Below are positions 37,666 to 48,096 of a stretch of 64,000 bases of DNA, in pieces. The number at the start of each line of letters is the position of its first letter. Position 1 is the stretch's first letter. The notes below the pieces were generated by a model. That model was not told the origin of the DNA and did no database searches. It saw only the letters and a list, made by a program, of their open reading frames with translations. Position numbers and translations under genes: made by a program. The DNA lies in the IMG/VR virus record IMGVR_UViG_3300032116_000001, positions 310,001 to 374,000 of that record; one strand, given 5' to 3'.

Positions 37666-38031
37666 ATGCAGCTTATTAGCAAAATGCTCACCATGCAATC
37701 TCAACTTCGCATTTTTCATTGGCAATCAAAGACTTTTGCACAGCATGAAGCCTTTGGCAAGGCCTATGAGTCACTTGATGAATTGGTGGATGATTTCATA
37801 GAAGTATTTCAAGGGACTAGAGGTGTTGTAAAAACAAAAGGTAAATTCAATTTGCAACTTTGTAATCTTACCGATTGTGATCCCGTAGAATTGATTAATG
37901 AGCACATTGAATTTTTATCCAATGATTTGACAAATTTATTAAATGACAAAAAAGACACCGATTTGTTAAATTTAAAAGACGAAATGATCGCAGTTTTAAA
38001 CAAAACCAAGTATTTACTCAGATTAACCTAA
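37666..38031 (+). CDS. small ferritin/Dps-like four-helix protein (DUF5856-like)
   Basis: QLRIFHWQSKTFAQHEAFGKAYESLDELVDDFIEVFQG. Confidence 0.7.
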   Translation: MQLISKMLTMQSQLRIFHWQSKTFAQHEAFGKAYESLDELVDDFIEVFQGTRGVVKTKGKFNLQLCNLTDCDPVELINEHIEFLSNDLTNLLNDKKDTDLLNLKDEMIAVLNKTKYLLRLT

Positions 38032-38032
38032 G

Positions 38033-40057
38033 ATGAAATCATTAGCTATTTCGCGTGTGCAAACGATGCTAAGAAGTGCATCGAGTTTAGATAAAATTGG
38101 CAAGTATGCAAGTGCTGATATTTTATCTAATGCTGCGCATCATATGTTAAAAAAGATTTCTCAAACAAACATGTCAACAAGAATTCCTGCTGATTCATAC
38201 ATGGAAAAATATATGGATCAATACAAGGATTATTTTGGAGAGCCAACTATTGATAAAGATGGTTCTCCAAAATATTATACGGATCAATATGATGATATAG
38301 ACCATTCTTATGTCTTTGCGCTGAAAAATAACCCAACCGCGATAGATAATCTTAGACCAAGTGAATTAAAATACTGGCATAAAAGACAGACGCAGATGCA
38401 TGATTACGAGCCAGATCATCAAACGTGGGATCATTTAAAGCATTCTTTTGAAAGAGGAACTCCCGAATATGATCATTATCTTAGGCTTTTGTCTCGCGAT
38501 CCTGTTTACGAAAATATCAATCCCGATGATTTGATTAATTATGTGAAATCACAGCAAGATCAATATAGCCGTGGAGACTGGAGCAATCCAACGGACTGGA
38601 ATGTTGCTCATTCTCTTCTTCGAGCTGCTAATCACTATTTAATACATGATAATTTTGATTATAAAAATTATGTTTCTGACATCGAAAGTCCTTACAATCT
38701 TACAAGCCCCTTAAATCAGCAGCAAGTTGATGATCGCCGAGCCCTTAATTTAGTAATGGAACGAGATAAACCCATGGTCAAACTGCCTCCTACAGAGGCA
38801 TACAGACTGGGCGACGGATCATTGATCCATTTTAACATGGGTCGCAGAGACACTATATTAAGACATTTTACAAAAGATGATGTCGATAAGCCTTACGACG
38901 AACTAATTGCGCGAAGCCTGTTAAGCAATGATAAAGACATAGCAAGCGAAAAGCTCAACAGCATTAAAGAAAAAATGAAAAATATTTATCGGATGACCCC
39001 CGAAAACACAGAAAATTATTATCATTATCTGAAAGTTTTCGCTATGTATCCTAATTTAATCGGAACATCATTAAAAAACATTGATGAAATCGTATCTAAT
39101 CTAAATGAAGGGCAAGACGGGTCAAATGACATGGGAAGACTCATGGTTGTCTTTAATAAAAATTGGCGACAATGGGTGGCTAAATTTAATAATGATGTTC
39201 ACGAAGCTGCGCAAATCTTGCCAATGGGCAGTACACAGGACTTGCGCGGACTAGGCGATTTGCTAATGCAGTGGTATGGCAAGGTCAAAACTACAGATTT
39301 GTACACAATAGCCTCATATTGGCCAAATCTTACCGCAGAAGATAAATCACTTCCTATTGATCAACTAGCTGATCGAGTTCGATATTACAAAGTCAGGCAG
39401 CTTTTTAAAGCAGAAAGCATTAATCATCCTTCTTTTGCAATCGAGGCAGCCAAATGGTGGCAATCTGCCGAGGGCGACGAGGATGATGCATGGCTTAACA
39501 TTGATGAAGATGATGACACAGAGCCGTTCGATTATGAAAACATTGAAAAATTGTTTATCGACTCTCAAAATGTACCCCTCCCTGTTTGGGCTTCATACAC
39601 AGCAAGTATTGGTGGGTTGACTGGAAGATTTTTGCCTCGTTCAGACGTCCGCGGGTTGTTCCTGGGTCAATACAGCAATTCCTGTCAACATCCCTGGGGA
39701 GTTGGAGCAAGTTGCGCAATTCACGGCCAAACCTCGCCGCATGGAGCATTTTTTGTTGTTGAAGACCAGAAAGGCAACATCATCGCCCAAAGTTGGGTGT
39801 GGGAAGATTATGACGGAGATGTTGTTTTTGATAATGTCGAGGCGCTTGGCATTGGCGACAGAAGAATGCCAATAGTTCAGTCAATTTATAAAACTGTAGC
39901 GGAACAAATGGAAGGCCGTATAGTTCACATAGGAACGGGCGGAAGCGACTTGGATTTGGAACCATTTAAAGACACAGACTTTCGACTCGCGCCAAATGAT
40001 TATTATGGGTATCGAGACTCCACAAGACAAAAAATACTCGCAGACAACACTTATTAA
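38033..40057 (+). CDS. large protein with C-terminal PcfJ/GNAT-like domain
   Basis: LFLGQYSNSCQH...FFVVEDQKGNIIAQSWVW...FDNVE. Confidence 0.6.
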   Translation: MKSLAISRVQTMLRSASSLDKIGKYASADILSNAAHHMLKKISQTNMSTRIPADSYMEKYMDQYKDYFGEPTIDKDGSPKYYTDQYDDIDHSYVFALKNNPTAIDNLRPSELKYWHKRQTQMHDYEPDHQTWDHLKHSFERGTPEYDHYLRLLSRDPVYENINPDDLINYVKSQQDQYSRGDWSNPTDWNVAHSLLRAANHYLIHDNFDYKNYVSDIESPYNLTSPLNQQQVDDRRALNLVMERDKPMVKLPPTEAYRLGDGSLIHFNMGRRDTILRHFTKDDVDKPYDELIARSLLSNDKDIASEKLNSIKEKMKNIYRMTPENTENYYHYLKVFAMYPNLIGTSLKNIDEIVSNLNEGQDGSNDMGRLMVVFNKNWRQWVAKFNNDVHEAAQILPMGSTQDLRGLGDLLMQWYGKVKTTDLYTIASYWPNLTAEDKSLPIDQLADRVRYYKVRQLFKAESINHPSFAIEAAKWWQSAEGDEDDAWLNIDEDDDTEPFDYENIEKLFIDSQNVPLPVWASYTASIGGLTGRFLPRSDVRGLFLGQYSNSCQHPWGVGASCAIHGQTSPHGAFFVVEDQKGNIIAQSWVWEDYDGDVVFDNVEALGIGDRRMPIVQSIYKTVAEQMEGRIVHIGTGGSDLDLEPFKDTDFRLAPNDYYGYRDSTRQKILADNTY

Positions 40058-41523
40058 TTATTCGATGATGTTAGCTGCTTTCTGGCGTCATATAATTCTC
40101 TAAATTTTCTAATTTTTTCTCTGACTTGTTGATTATTTATTTTTAATCCGTTAATCAAAATTGTCAGGAATCTTGCGCGTAAATCGTCACGTTCCCATGA
40201 TGACATTTTGCGGTCGAGAAGTGAGTCAAACTGGCTTTGCCATTTTTCCATTTCCTCTTCATACTCATCTTCGTCTTCAAAATTATTCTCTGGCTCCTCT
40301 GGCATTAAATAATATATTTCGTCTTTCAATTCTTTTTCTGCCTTGTTTTTATAATCTTCAAAAAAACTGTCAACCTCATCGTATGAAGTTGTGTAATTCC
40401 AATAATATTTATCGAACTTACGCTTTTCGGCTAACTGTTCATCTCTTTTTGCTAAAATCTTTAGTAAACTATAAGCAGCATCATCAGCATAACGATCTTC
40501 TAACTGTCCCCACGTATTTTCAAATTTGTCCAGAGTGTTTTCCACTGCATATAATACATCTAATTTAGTGAAATCAGTGTCTTGAGCCAGTCCATATTGA
40601 TCTATTTCTGCCCCGTATTGATCGATATGATCGGCAACAGATTTCATGTCAACTCCGTCTAAATTAAATTCTTTTGTAATCAGCGATTCTTCCCATTTTT
40701 GCACTGGCAGATTTTCAACCCACTCTTTAATATATGATTGGTAATCTTCGCTTAGCACACGATTGGAGTGCCCCTTAATTTCAGAAATCTCCCCATATTC
40801 GTTCATCCTTATGGTCGCTACTGGATGATTTGTTTCGTCTCTTAGGGAAAATATTTGGTATTTCCCTTCTTTTACATCATCGCAGTATGTTCCAACGCAG
40901 TGATTCATTTTATTTCCCTCCGCTCTAAGATCATTCTCAGATGTGACTAACTGCATCGTGTACCCATCATCGTAATCGTAAACTACATTTGCGGGACTAA
41001 TTGGCTCATACATTAATCCAGAACCCTTGCCAGCCATCATTGTGTGCCATTCTTCGGACATTTTGACAGCCGAGGCCCAATCATAAGAAGAGAGCTGGAA
41101 TCTCGATTGTCCTTGGTCATCGAGGGGGTGACGTGCGATTTCGTAATTATACCAATCTTTAATCGCATCTGCCTGATTAATAATTTCCAGATTGTCAATG
41201 GCATATTTTCTACCATTGGGGTCCAACCTCATTTTCTTTACTTGAATCAAAAGCCATTTTGCAAATTGTGGAATATTTTGATAGCGCATGTAAAGATTAG
41301 ATTCAAAATTGCTTTGCTGATTTTGTTCAGTTTTGATATTAGCAAGATTTTGAATTTCTTCTATCGTGGCGTTTGGTTTGTTTCTGACAATATTCACATA
41401 AATTTTTTGGTGATCGGGGTTCTGATCACCAATCCACGCAATAACATGATCGGGAACACCAAGTGACTTTAAATATTCCTCTTGGGTCCCCGATATGCAA
41501 ACTTTTGCGTATTTATACCACAC
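40054..41523 (-). CDS. MWY-tagged PcfJ-like domain protein
   Basis: MWYKYAK; DLRAEGNKMNHCVGTYC...IFSLRDETNHPVATIRM; paralog of 19190-21757. Confidence 0.75.
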   Translation of the reverse strand: MWYKYAKVCISGTQEEYLKSLGVPDHVIAWIGDQNPDHQKIYVNIVRNKPNATIEEIQNLANIKTEQNQQSNFESNLYMRYQNIPQFAKWLLIQVKKMRLDPNGRKYAIDNLEIINQADAIKDWYNYEIARHPLDDQGQSRFQLSSYDWASAVKMSEEWHTMMAGKGSGLMYEPISPANVVYDYDDGYTMQLVTSENDLRAEGNKMNHCVGTYCDDVKEGKYQIFSLRDETNHPVATIRMNEYGEISEIKGHSNRVLSEDYQSYIKEWVENLPVQKWEESLITKEFNLDGVDMKSVADHIDQYGAEIDQYGLAQDTDFTKLDVLYAVENTLDKFENTWGQLEDRYADDAAYSLLKILAKRDEQLAEKRKFDKYYWNYTTSYDEVDSFFEDYKNKAEKELKDEIYYLMPEEPENNFEDEDEYEEEMEKWQSQFDSLLDRKMSSWERDDLRARFLTILINGLKINNQQVREKIRKFRELYDARKQLTSSNN

Positions 41524-41557
41524 GTAGTTTATATTAGAAGATCAGACTGTGTTATTC

Positions 41558-42823
41558 CTATCTTGAATTCAATAACACTCTTATTTCTTGCTGTGCCGCT
41601 AAAGTATCTTCAATTTCATACATGCGCGAATTCAACTCACCTGACACAACCTCACAATACAATCTGACCTCATCAAGCGCCTGCGTATTTTCTTCCAGCA
41701 GGGTGTTTGTGCTATCAATATGATCGTGGCCTCTCTTAATGAGAGCCATTGTATTAGACGCTTCATCAAATTTTTGAAGCAAATCAATTTTGCATTCTAG
41801 TATTTTTATATATTTAATAGCTTCTTCTTTCTGTTGCTTTAGTTTTTCATGTTGTTCCCAAAGTTGCGCAACGGTATTCTCAATTTCTTCTATCTTTGAC
41901 TGAGCCAGAATTATACTACCAGATGTATTCGCTTCTTGAAGCAAATCCATCTTAGATTTTAAAAACTCAACAAAAACTTGTATTCTTTTTGTTTGTCGGT
42001 CTTGGGTATTTTGTTGGTCTTGGGTATTTTTATTCTTACGATAATAAAAATGACCAAGTTGTAAAATGTCATGAGCCTTTTCTTTTTCTTCTTCACTGGC
42101 TCCTTCGAACACAACCTGAAAGCCTTTTTTATTCCAGTTATTCAAGGCTTTGTTGATTGCATCAAGATCATAATCACGGTCATAATCGTTAATATGAGGC
42201 CTGTAGCTTCTGGTCGCTGGGTAGTACCTATAATCCACATGGACACTCCTGGGGTGATTTATCAAAAACTCACATAATATGGTTTGATATAATTCGGATA
42301 TTAATTTATATTGATTATAGCTAAAACCCTCTGGCAATGATGATTGCTCTATGTTATTGGGCAAATCGTCGCCGAAAAATGAACACCGCTGGCGATTTTC
42401 TAAATTTACACGATTTAAATGATATCGCCAGCATGTAATTTTCTCTTGATTATTCAGTCTTGTAGCCAATGTTTTCGCTGTTTCCACAATATTGTCTTCA
42501 AATTCCCTTCCCTCTAATTCCCCTAGAAAAATATCTAAGATAATTTGATAATTTTGCGGGATTGTTTCCACAAGTTTATTCTTTGCTTTACCAAGACTAG
42601 AAATCAGTGAGACTGTTTGCGAACAGGCTTCTTTGGCTTTTGCCTCAATATTTTGGGACAACTTAATGATTGCGTTAATGTCAGACATTGCCTGCTCTGT
42701 GGGTGACTTTTTGAACATGTCAAAAAATGATTCAGGTTGATCCGATGACTGGATAGTAACTCCTGACGACTTGCGTCGAATGCGTGTAAATAATCGGTGA
42801 AAGAACAAAATAATTCTTCTCAT
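41558..42823 (-). CDS. coiled-coil hypothetical protein
   Basis: 421-aa ORF with heptad-rich ends. Confidence 0.65.
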   Translation of the reverse strand: MRRIILFFHRLFTRIRRKSSGVTIQSSDQPESFFDMFKKSPTEQAMSDINAIIKLSQNIEAKAKEACSQTVSLISSLGKAKNKLVETIPQNYQIILDIFLGELEGREFEDNIVETAKTLATRLNNQEKITCWRYHLNRVNLENRQRCSFFGDDLPNNIEQSSLPEGFSYNQYKLISELYQTILCEFLINHPRSVHVDYRYYPATRSYRPHINDYDRDYDLDAINKALNNWNKKGFQVVFEGASEEEKEKAHDILQLGHFYYRKNKNTQDQQNTQDRQTKRIQVFVEFLKSKMDLLQEANTSGSIILAQSKIEEIENTVAQLWEQHEKLKQQKEEAIKYIKILECKIDLLQKFDEASNTMALIKRGHDHIDSTNTLLEENTQALDEVRLYCEVVSGELNSRMYEIEDTLAAQQEIRVLLNSR

Positions 42824-42851
42824 GTCTATATCTACGATGAATACACGCAGA

Positions 42852-43454
42852 TTATCGCCTAAACTTAGTCGTCTTTAGTTCTTTATCCGATCTGGCAAAT
42901 TTAATTCCATCATTCAGTGCTTGAGATAACCTTTTATTCAGCGATGGCCTTTCTGATTCTATACGAATGCCTTTCTTTTTTGCTTCTCCAACACACATAT
43001 CAAATCGCGCCTTTGTTTCACGAGCGTCAACAATGGCGTTGTGTTCATTATCGCTCATTGATGGGAATTCTTCAATCCCTACAAGTTCTTTGAGTTGCTG
43101 AATGTCTCTGCAAAACATTGGCCAAGTATCAGGAAGGTGAATCATCTTTCCGTAAAGCTGGCAAAGAGCCACCCAGTCATATCCTGAGAAATCAGCCCAG
43201 AACTCTGGATGATCGCCAACGAAAGCAATAATATCTTTTGCTATCTGTGATTTAGTTTTCCATTCAGGTGAGCTTTTCGGGGGTAGTTGATTGATTACGT
43301 GCTGCTTTAACCAAGCATCTTTATTGATTTTTTCCCAATTGGCGTCTTTGACACAGGCATAATATTCACTCCCGTCTTCCCCGATTATAGCAATCGAAAT
43401 CAAATCAATAGAACTACCATCTTCCAAAAACTCTGTGTCAAAGAAAAACTTCAT
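42852..43454 (-). CDS. DEDD 3'-5' exoribonuclease (Rv2179c-like)
   Basis: FFDTEF...DLISIAI, GYDWVAL, HNAIVDAR. Confidence 0.85.
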   Translation of the reverse strand: MKFFFDTEFLEDGSSIDLISIAIIGEDGSEYYACVKDANWEKINKDAWLKQHVINQLPPKSSPEWKTKSQIAKDIIAFVGDHPEFWADFSGYDWVALCQLYGKMIHLPDTWPMFCRDIQQLKELVGIEEFPSMSDNEHNAIVDARETKARFDMCVGEAKKKGIRIESERPSLNKRLSQALNDGIKFARSDKELKTTKFRR

Positions 43455-43466
43455 TGAAAATATCCC

Positions 43467-44318
43467 TTAGGTTAAAACAATCTTCTTTTGATCCACTGTG
43501 ATTTTCAGGCCCTTGGCCACAGCTACATCGCGCACAAACACCCATCCCGCGCCCTTCTCGTCGATTTCAGCGATTTGAATTTGAGGTTTAATGTTTCCAG
43601 TGCCCCATGTGAGCACGCGACCACGAACCACCAAGGTGCCATTGGGATCGATAGCCATAAGAAAATCTCTAGCCCGAACCATCAAGCGACCATCTTTCAA
43701 TCGCGTGTTCTCAAAAGTCTTCCCATCAGGCAACACGATCACGAAATCATTGTCTTCCGTCGTGTCTTCAGGCACAGAAGTATTCATCAGTGCAGCTACA
43801 CGACTCACAACATCAGCCTTCGTCACTTTGAGGCCAGGACAGGTTTTCGTTGTCTTAGGATCGTCACGATGGAATTTGATCGTGTCTGCTTCGACACCAA
43901 GTGCTTCACACATGATCGCTAACGCAGCCATAGAATTATCTCGTACTTTTGCCCCACGACCAGTGTCGAAACTTTCCCTATCGTAGTATCCCAACATCTC
44001 AACACCCCAGCTGTTACGATTGAAACTCACTGCGTGAACACCACGACGATCCATGCGCTGGAACAGGATGATGCCGTCTCCCTGATCGTCCACAAACACG
44101 TGTGGCGCACCATTCCAATCCATTGTGTTTTCGTAATAATGCTTCAAATTCAGTAAGTGTTGATTGCTGAGGCCATTTGGACGATTGGCCAAATTAGGCT
44201 GACCAGTGTGGTGGAGTGTGACAAATCGGGGCTTAAAAGAACCAAAAGTCAGTGATTTCAAATATGATCTGAACTCTTCGCGAGTCATTCGTTTGCCGAT
44301 ATAAGGAATTGTGCCCAT
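43467..44318 (-). CDS. N-acetylmuramoyl-L-alanine amidase (amidase_2), probable endolysin
   Basis: TLHHTG, APHVFV, GVHA..FN..SWGVEM, KFHRD...KTCPG. Confidence 0.85.
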   Translation of the reverse strand: MGTIPYIGKRMTREEFRSYLKSLTFGSFKPRFVTLHHTGQPNLANRPNGLSNQHLLNLKHYYENTMDWNGAPHVFVDDQGDGIILFQRMDRRGVHAVSFNRNSWGVEMLGYYDRESFDTGRGAKVRDNSMAALAIMCEALGVEADTIKFHRDDPKTTKTCPGLKVTKADVVSRVAALMNTSVPEDTTEDNDFVIVLPDGKTFENTRLKDGRLMVRARDFLMAIDPNGTLVVRGRVLTWGTGNIKPQIQIAEIDEKGAGWVFVRDVAVAKGLKITVDQKKIVLT

Positions 44319-44368
44319 ATTTTAGATTTATTTTTTTATGGACACAATTCCTGCTTTGCGATTTTCAA

Positions 44369-45154
44369 CTATCGAAGCGGATTGTGTTTATTTTCTTTGT
44401 TATGCCTCATTAAAATGCTTGGCCAAAACGTTTCAGGCGGATATGATAGAATTTTTTTCTCAATTTTCTTTTTTAGAAAAATCTTGTGAAAATATGCAGT
44501 TAAAAACCTCCAGCCATCGGCTCTTATCACCACCAAGCATCTTCGCATAGGATCAAAATCCACAATCATAAAACGCTTTTTGTTTGACATTTTGGTTCCA
44601 GCCATGACGAAATTATACTTTTCGGGGCTCCATGTGTGAGACAGACAAGTATAATTAATTGGCAAAAGGTAAAAACCAGTTTTTGACTTAGGAATGCTAA
44701 TTTTGTAAGGTGGGTTCATTTTCATTTCAGTCTTAAAATATAAATATTTTGATTCCATTATGATCTTATCATACGTGTTTGCAAAGGTTTGAATGCCTCT
44801 GTGAAAAAGCCAACTGAGGCAGAATATACCGTCTGTTCGGGCTGTTAAGTATTGGAGTTTCTTGGGATCATTTCGGACAATTCTTATTTTCATATCAGTC
44901 CCGACTACCTTTGAGCCTTCTATTTTAAGAAACGCAGACGACATGTCCTGATATTTGAGTTCTGCCATTGCCCAAGGTTTTGTGGGCCAAAATAAATCAT
45001 ATGTCACTTTAACATGCGCTGGTTTAATAGCTAAATTGGGATCGAGTCCGATCACTTCAGGAGATACTTGATATTTTTTGGGGTCTATCAAAACATTTTC
45101 ATGTTTAGTGGGCACGAGAGTTATTGTTTTCATTTCCATATTATTAAATTCCAA
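44369..45154 (-). CDS. hypothetical protein
   Basis: 261-aa ORF. Confidence 0.6.
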   Translation of the reverse strand: MEFNNMEMKTITLVPTKHENVLIDPKKYQVSPEVIGLDPNLAIKPAHVKVTYDLFWPTKPWAMAELKYQDMSSAFLKIEGSKVVGTDMKIRIVRNDPKKLQYLTARTDGIFCLSWLFHRGIQTFANTYDKIIMESKYLYFKTEMKMNPPYKISIPKSKTGFYLLPINYTCLSHTWSPEKYNFVMAGTKMSNKKRFMIVDFDPMRRCLVVIRADGWRFLTAYFHKIFLKKKIEKKILSYPPETFWPSILMRHNKENKHNPLR

Positions 45155-46232
45155 GCATTTGTTTGAAGGGATCGTTTTCTTCGGAATAATTATTTTCTTC
45201 CCATTTTAACAACTCGCTATCTGTCAAAATACAATTATTCCAGAGTGACTCTATTTGTTTTTTGTCTATTCCTATGCCAATGAAAACGATTTGTGACATA
45301 GGAGTTTCATTTCCCCATGGCATGCAATACTCGACAACACGCTGGTTACCAGCTTGAGCAATGATATATTTGTAATTGGGATTTGAGCTTGTATAAAACC
45401 ATCCCTTAACGCGCAATGCGCCTTTCCATTCTTTTTTCATGGCTTCTGCCACTCTTTCAGATTTTAGGGGCATGTTCGTAGAAAAGACAAAACTACTAAA
45501 GCCGTATTCATCAATCTCAGATTCATGACCGTTATGAAGTTCTTCCCACCAGCCTGGATGTTGTGTTGCTTGATGCATGTTAAACAATTCAGTGTCCAGA
45601 ATTTCATCAATATTAACTTCTCCATTGGTGGCAGTAATTATCTTTGATTTCGGATTCATCTTTTTCACAAAAGACAAAACTTCTTGTTTCTTGTCTTCGC
45701 TTACAAGATCGCATTTATTCACAACAATGATGTCTGCAAATTCAATTTGATCGACAAGCAATTGGCTTAGGGGCTTTTCGGCTCCATCCGCTGCATGATT
45801 TTGTTTAAGATTTTCCACGATTGATGAAGCATCAACAACTGTCACCATAGCGTCTAGCCGCGCAATATCTCCAAGCACTCTATTGTCGTCAATTGGCATT
45901 GCAAATGTATTCGCCACGGGCATAGGTTCGGATATACCCGTGGATTCTACGATCAAATAATCATACTTTTCCTCAAGTGCCAATCGGGAAATTTCTTTTA
46001 GCAAATCTTGCCTTAAAGTACAACAAATACAACCATTTGTCAACTCAACAACATCTTCATCGGCTCTGACAATCTTGCCTTTAATAGACTCAGCATCGAT
46101 GTTAATTTCAGACATGTCATTAATAATCAAGGCAACTTTATATTTATTTTGATTACTAAGAATATGATTCAATAAAGTAGTTTTGCCCGCGCCTAAAAAG
46201 CCCGACAAAACTGAAACTGGCAATTTATTCAT
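45144..46232 (-). CDS. COG0523 (CobW/YciC/ZigA) G3E GTPase metallochaperone
   Basis: [27 protein letters not shown]. Confidence 0.92.
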   Translation of the reverse strand: MNKLPVSVLSGFLGAGKTTLLNHILSNQNKYKVALIINDMSEINIDAESIKGKIVRADEDVVELTNGCICCTLRQDLLKEISRLALEEKYDYLIVESTGISEPMPVANTFAMPIDDNRVLGDIARLDAMVTVVDASSIVENLKQNHAADGAEKPLSQLLVDQIEFADIIVVNKCDLVSEDKKQEVLSFVKKMNPKSKIITATNGEVNIDEILDTELFNMHQATQHPGWWEELHNGHESEIDEYGFSSFVFSTNMPLKSERVAEAMKKEWKGALRVKGWFYTSSNPNYKYIIAQAGNQRVVEYCMPWGNETPMSQIVFIGIGIDKKQIESLWNNCILTDSELLKWEENNYSEENDPFKQMLGI

Positions 46233-46237
46233 ATTTT

Positions 46238-47188
46238 TTACTCCATAATTAGTCCAAAATCTTGTGGTTTTTGCTTTTTCTTCGGCTTTGGACCATCGGT
46301 GATTACAATCGATGTTGCGTGCAATACAGGCCGAACGTATACCATGCCTCCGACATCAGCCATCACGGCAAAATCAGTTGTGTCTGGCTCACCTTCTGCA
46401 GAATCAGTAACTACTTGAACTTTATAGCCATGCTGCACCAAAAGCTTTTGTGCAGCATACAAAAAGGCCGCATGACTGTTCTCAAATGTAAAAAACTTCC
46501 TCAATGCTTCTCTGAAATTTTCCAATTCGTCATTGTTGTTATTATCCTTAATGCTCCAGTTTTCTGGGTGCAACAACGCTAAATCAAACCGATATGGCGA
46601 ATCTTTTGCAAGTTGACTAGTTCCACTATTGGGTTCAGTGATTAATGCATTCGGCACGCTCTTAACGTAATCTATGATCTGCTTGAGTTCGGGGTCAATT
46701 TTATTTCTGTATTCATTCACCATTTTTTCAAGCTTTGAATTAATATCGTCCCATGATCGTGCTTCAGCTGACTCATCAAGACTGTACAAATCATCGAGTG
46801 TTGCAGCCAAGGCCTCGATGAATTCATTGGCCTCCTCTTCGCTGCGAAGAGTGTTTTCGGGCCACATAGATATTTTAGGAGCAACAATCTGCATTTCGTT
46901 TAACGATTTGATATTTAATCTAAAGTATCCCCATGCGGCATGGTCGATATTTAAGAAAATGTCATGGTACAAAGTGTCTCTTTCAGAAAACATATCCTGG
47001 GGAACAATCTGAAATGGATGATGCAGTCCAGAATCGCAAAGGCCCAGTGATAACGTCTTTTGAGATAAATTTTGCGCTAGTTTAACGAGGTCTTGATTGT
47101 CTTCCACCCAAACAGCAATTGATGCCATAAGCGCATATTGCTCATTGCGCTTTACTTTCTTATGAATTATTTTACCGATGTCGCTCAT
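46238..47188 (-). CDS. hypothetical protein
   Basis: start reassigned to MSDIGK. Confidence 0.6.
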   Translation of the reverse strand: MSDIGKIIHKKVKRNEQYALMASIAVWVEDNQDLVKLAQNLSQKTLSLGLCDSGLHHPFQIVPQDMFSERDTLYHDIFLNIDHAAWGYFRLNIKSLNEMQIVAPKISMWPENTLRSEEEANEFIEALAATLDDLYSLDESAEARSWDDINSKLEKMVNEYRNKIDPELKQIIDYVKSVPNALITEPNSGTSQLAKDSPYRFDLALLHPENWSIKDNNNNDELENFREALRKFFTFENSHAAFLYAAQKLLVQHGYKVQVVTDSAEGEPDTTDFAVMADVGGMVYVRPVLHATSIVITDGPKPKKKQKPQDFGLIME

Positions 47189-47300
47189 AGTGAATCTGTT
47201 TAATATATTGGCAAAAACCAAATGGATTATACAGAAATAACAATGCGTGCAAGAAGGACATTGAGTTCGATCCGAATAATATTTGATTTGAGAGTGTCTA

Positions 47301-47837
47301 ATGATCAAACTGTCAGAAATCATTCAGCAATATGAAACAATTGGCGATCATAAAACCGCGGACATTCTTGATAATTTTCTATTTAGGCATGCGCGTGCCG
47401 TTGCTAATCGTCGCATGGCCCAATATGATCAAAGCGAAGAAATTGATTGGACCCAGCCCGATGCCTGGAAGCAAACCTTAAAAAATAAACAAACTGAAGC
47501 CTCTCCGATTAAAAACGAAGTTCAGCTTGAGTCATTGCCAAAAGACACAAGAAGAATGATTGAATTAATGAGATCAGGAAAAGTTCCAGGAGAATTATCG
47601 CGAAAAGAGTTTGAAAAAATAGTCAGATCACTGGGATTCGACGTTGCAGATACAACTAAGCACTTTGCTATATCGCACCCCGATCTGGTCGGGCATCCTA
47701 TTTTTGAAACAGGCGTGATCGCCTCTCTTAATGATCACGCTCATGGACAAAAGGGAAGAATGCATTTTAAAGCAATGGAAGACTTAAAAGATGCAATTAG
47801 ATATATGCATCCGCATTTTTTCAATAAAAATAAATAA
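47301..47837 (+). CDS. hypothetical protein with helical tag, possible HicA-like C-terminus
   Basis: YETIGDHKTADILD tag; KEFEKIVRSLGF...KHFAISHP. Confidence 0.5.
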   Translation: MIKLSEIIQQYETIGDHKTADILDNFLFRHARAVANRRMAQYDQSEEIDWTQPDAWKQTLKNKQTEASPIKNEVQLESLPKDTRRMIELMRSGKVPGELSRKEFEKIVRSLGFDVADTTKHFAISHPDLVGHPIFETGVIASLNDHAHGQKGRMHFKAMEDLKDAIRYMHPHFFNKNK

Positions 47838-47862
47838 AGTAAATTGTATAATTGTGATCAGA

Positions 47863-48096
47863 ATGGATAAATTCAATCATTTAGTCGGCAAAAAACTTGT
47901 AAACGCAAGTGAAGTTACATCACTTGAGGGAAGTCATATTGCACAGCAAACAGTAGAGCAACTGGCCATTAAAAATGGCCTAAAGTCTGTTAGAATCTGT
48001 GTTGACAATGGATTCACTGATATGGAATTTCGCGAAGATAGACTCAAAGTGACGACCGATGATCGGGGCATTATTAAGCGCGTGGGCGTAGGTTAA
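47863..48096 (+). CDS. I78/I13 peptidase-inhibitor-like protein
   Basis: TDMEFREDRLKVTTDDRGIIKRVGVG. Confidence 0.6.
   Translation: MDKFNHLVGKKLVNASEVTSLEGSHIAQQTVEQLAIKNGLKSVRICVDNGFTDMEFREDRLKVTTDDRGIIKRVGVG

Noticed and set aside
43467-43800. host assignment from the amidase C-terminal domain and ECF-like promoters
   Set aside because: Suggestive but not diagnostic without searches.
32716-48096. convergent genes sharing a TTAA stop overlap (32716, 40054, 48093)
   Set aside because: A common compaction feature of AT-rich genomes; not evidence of a system.
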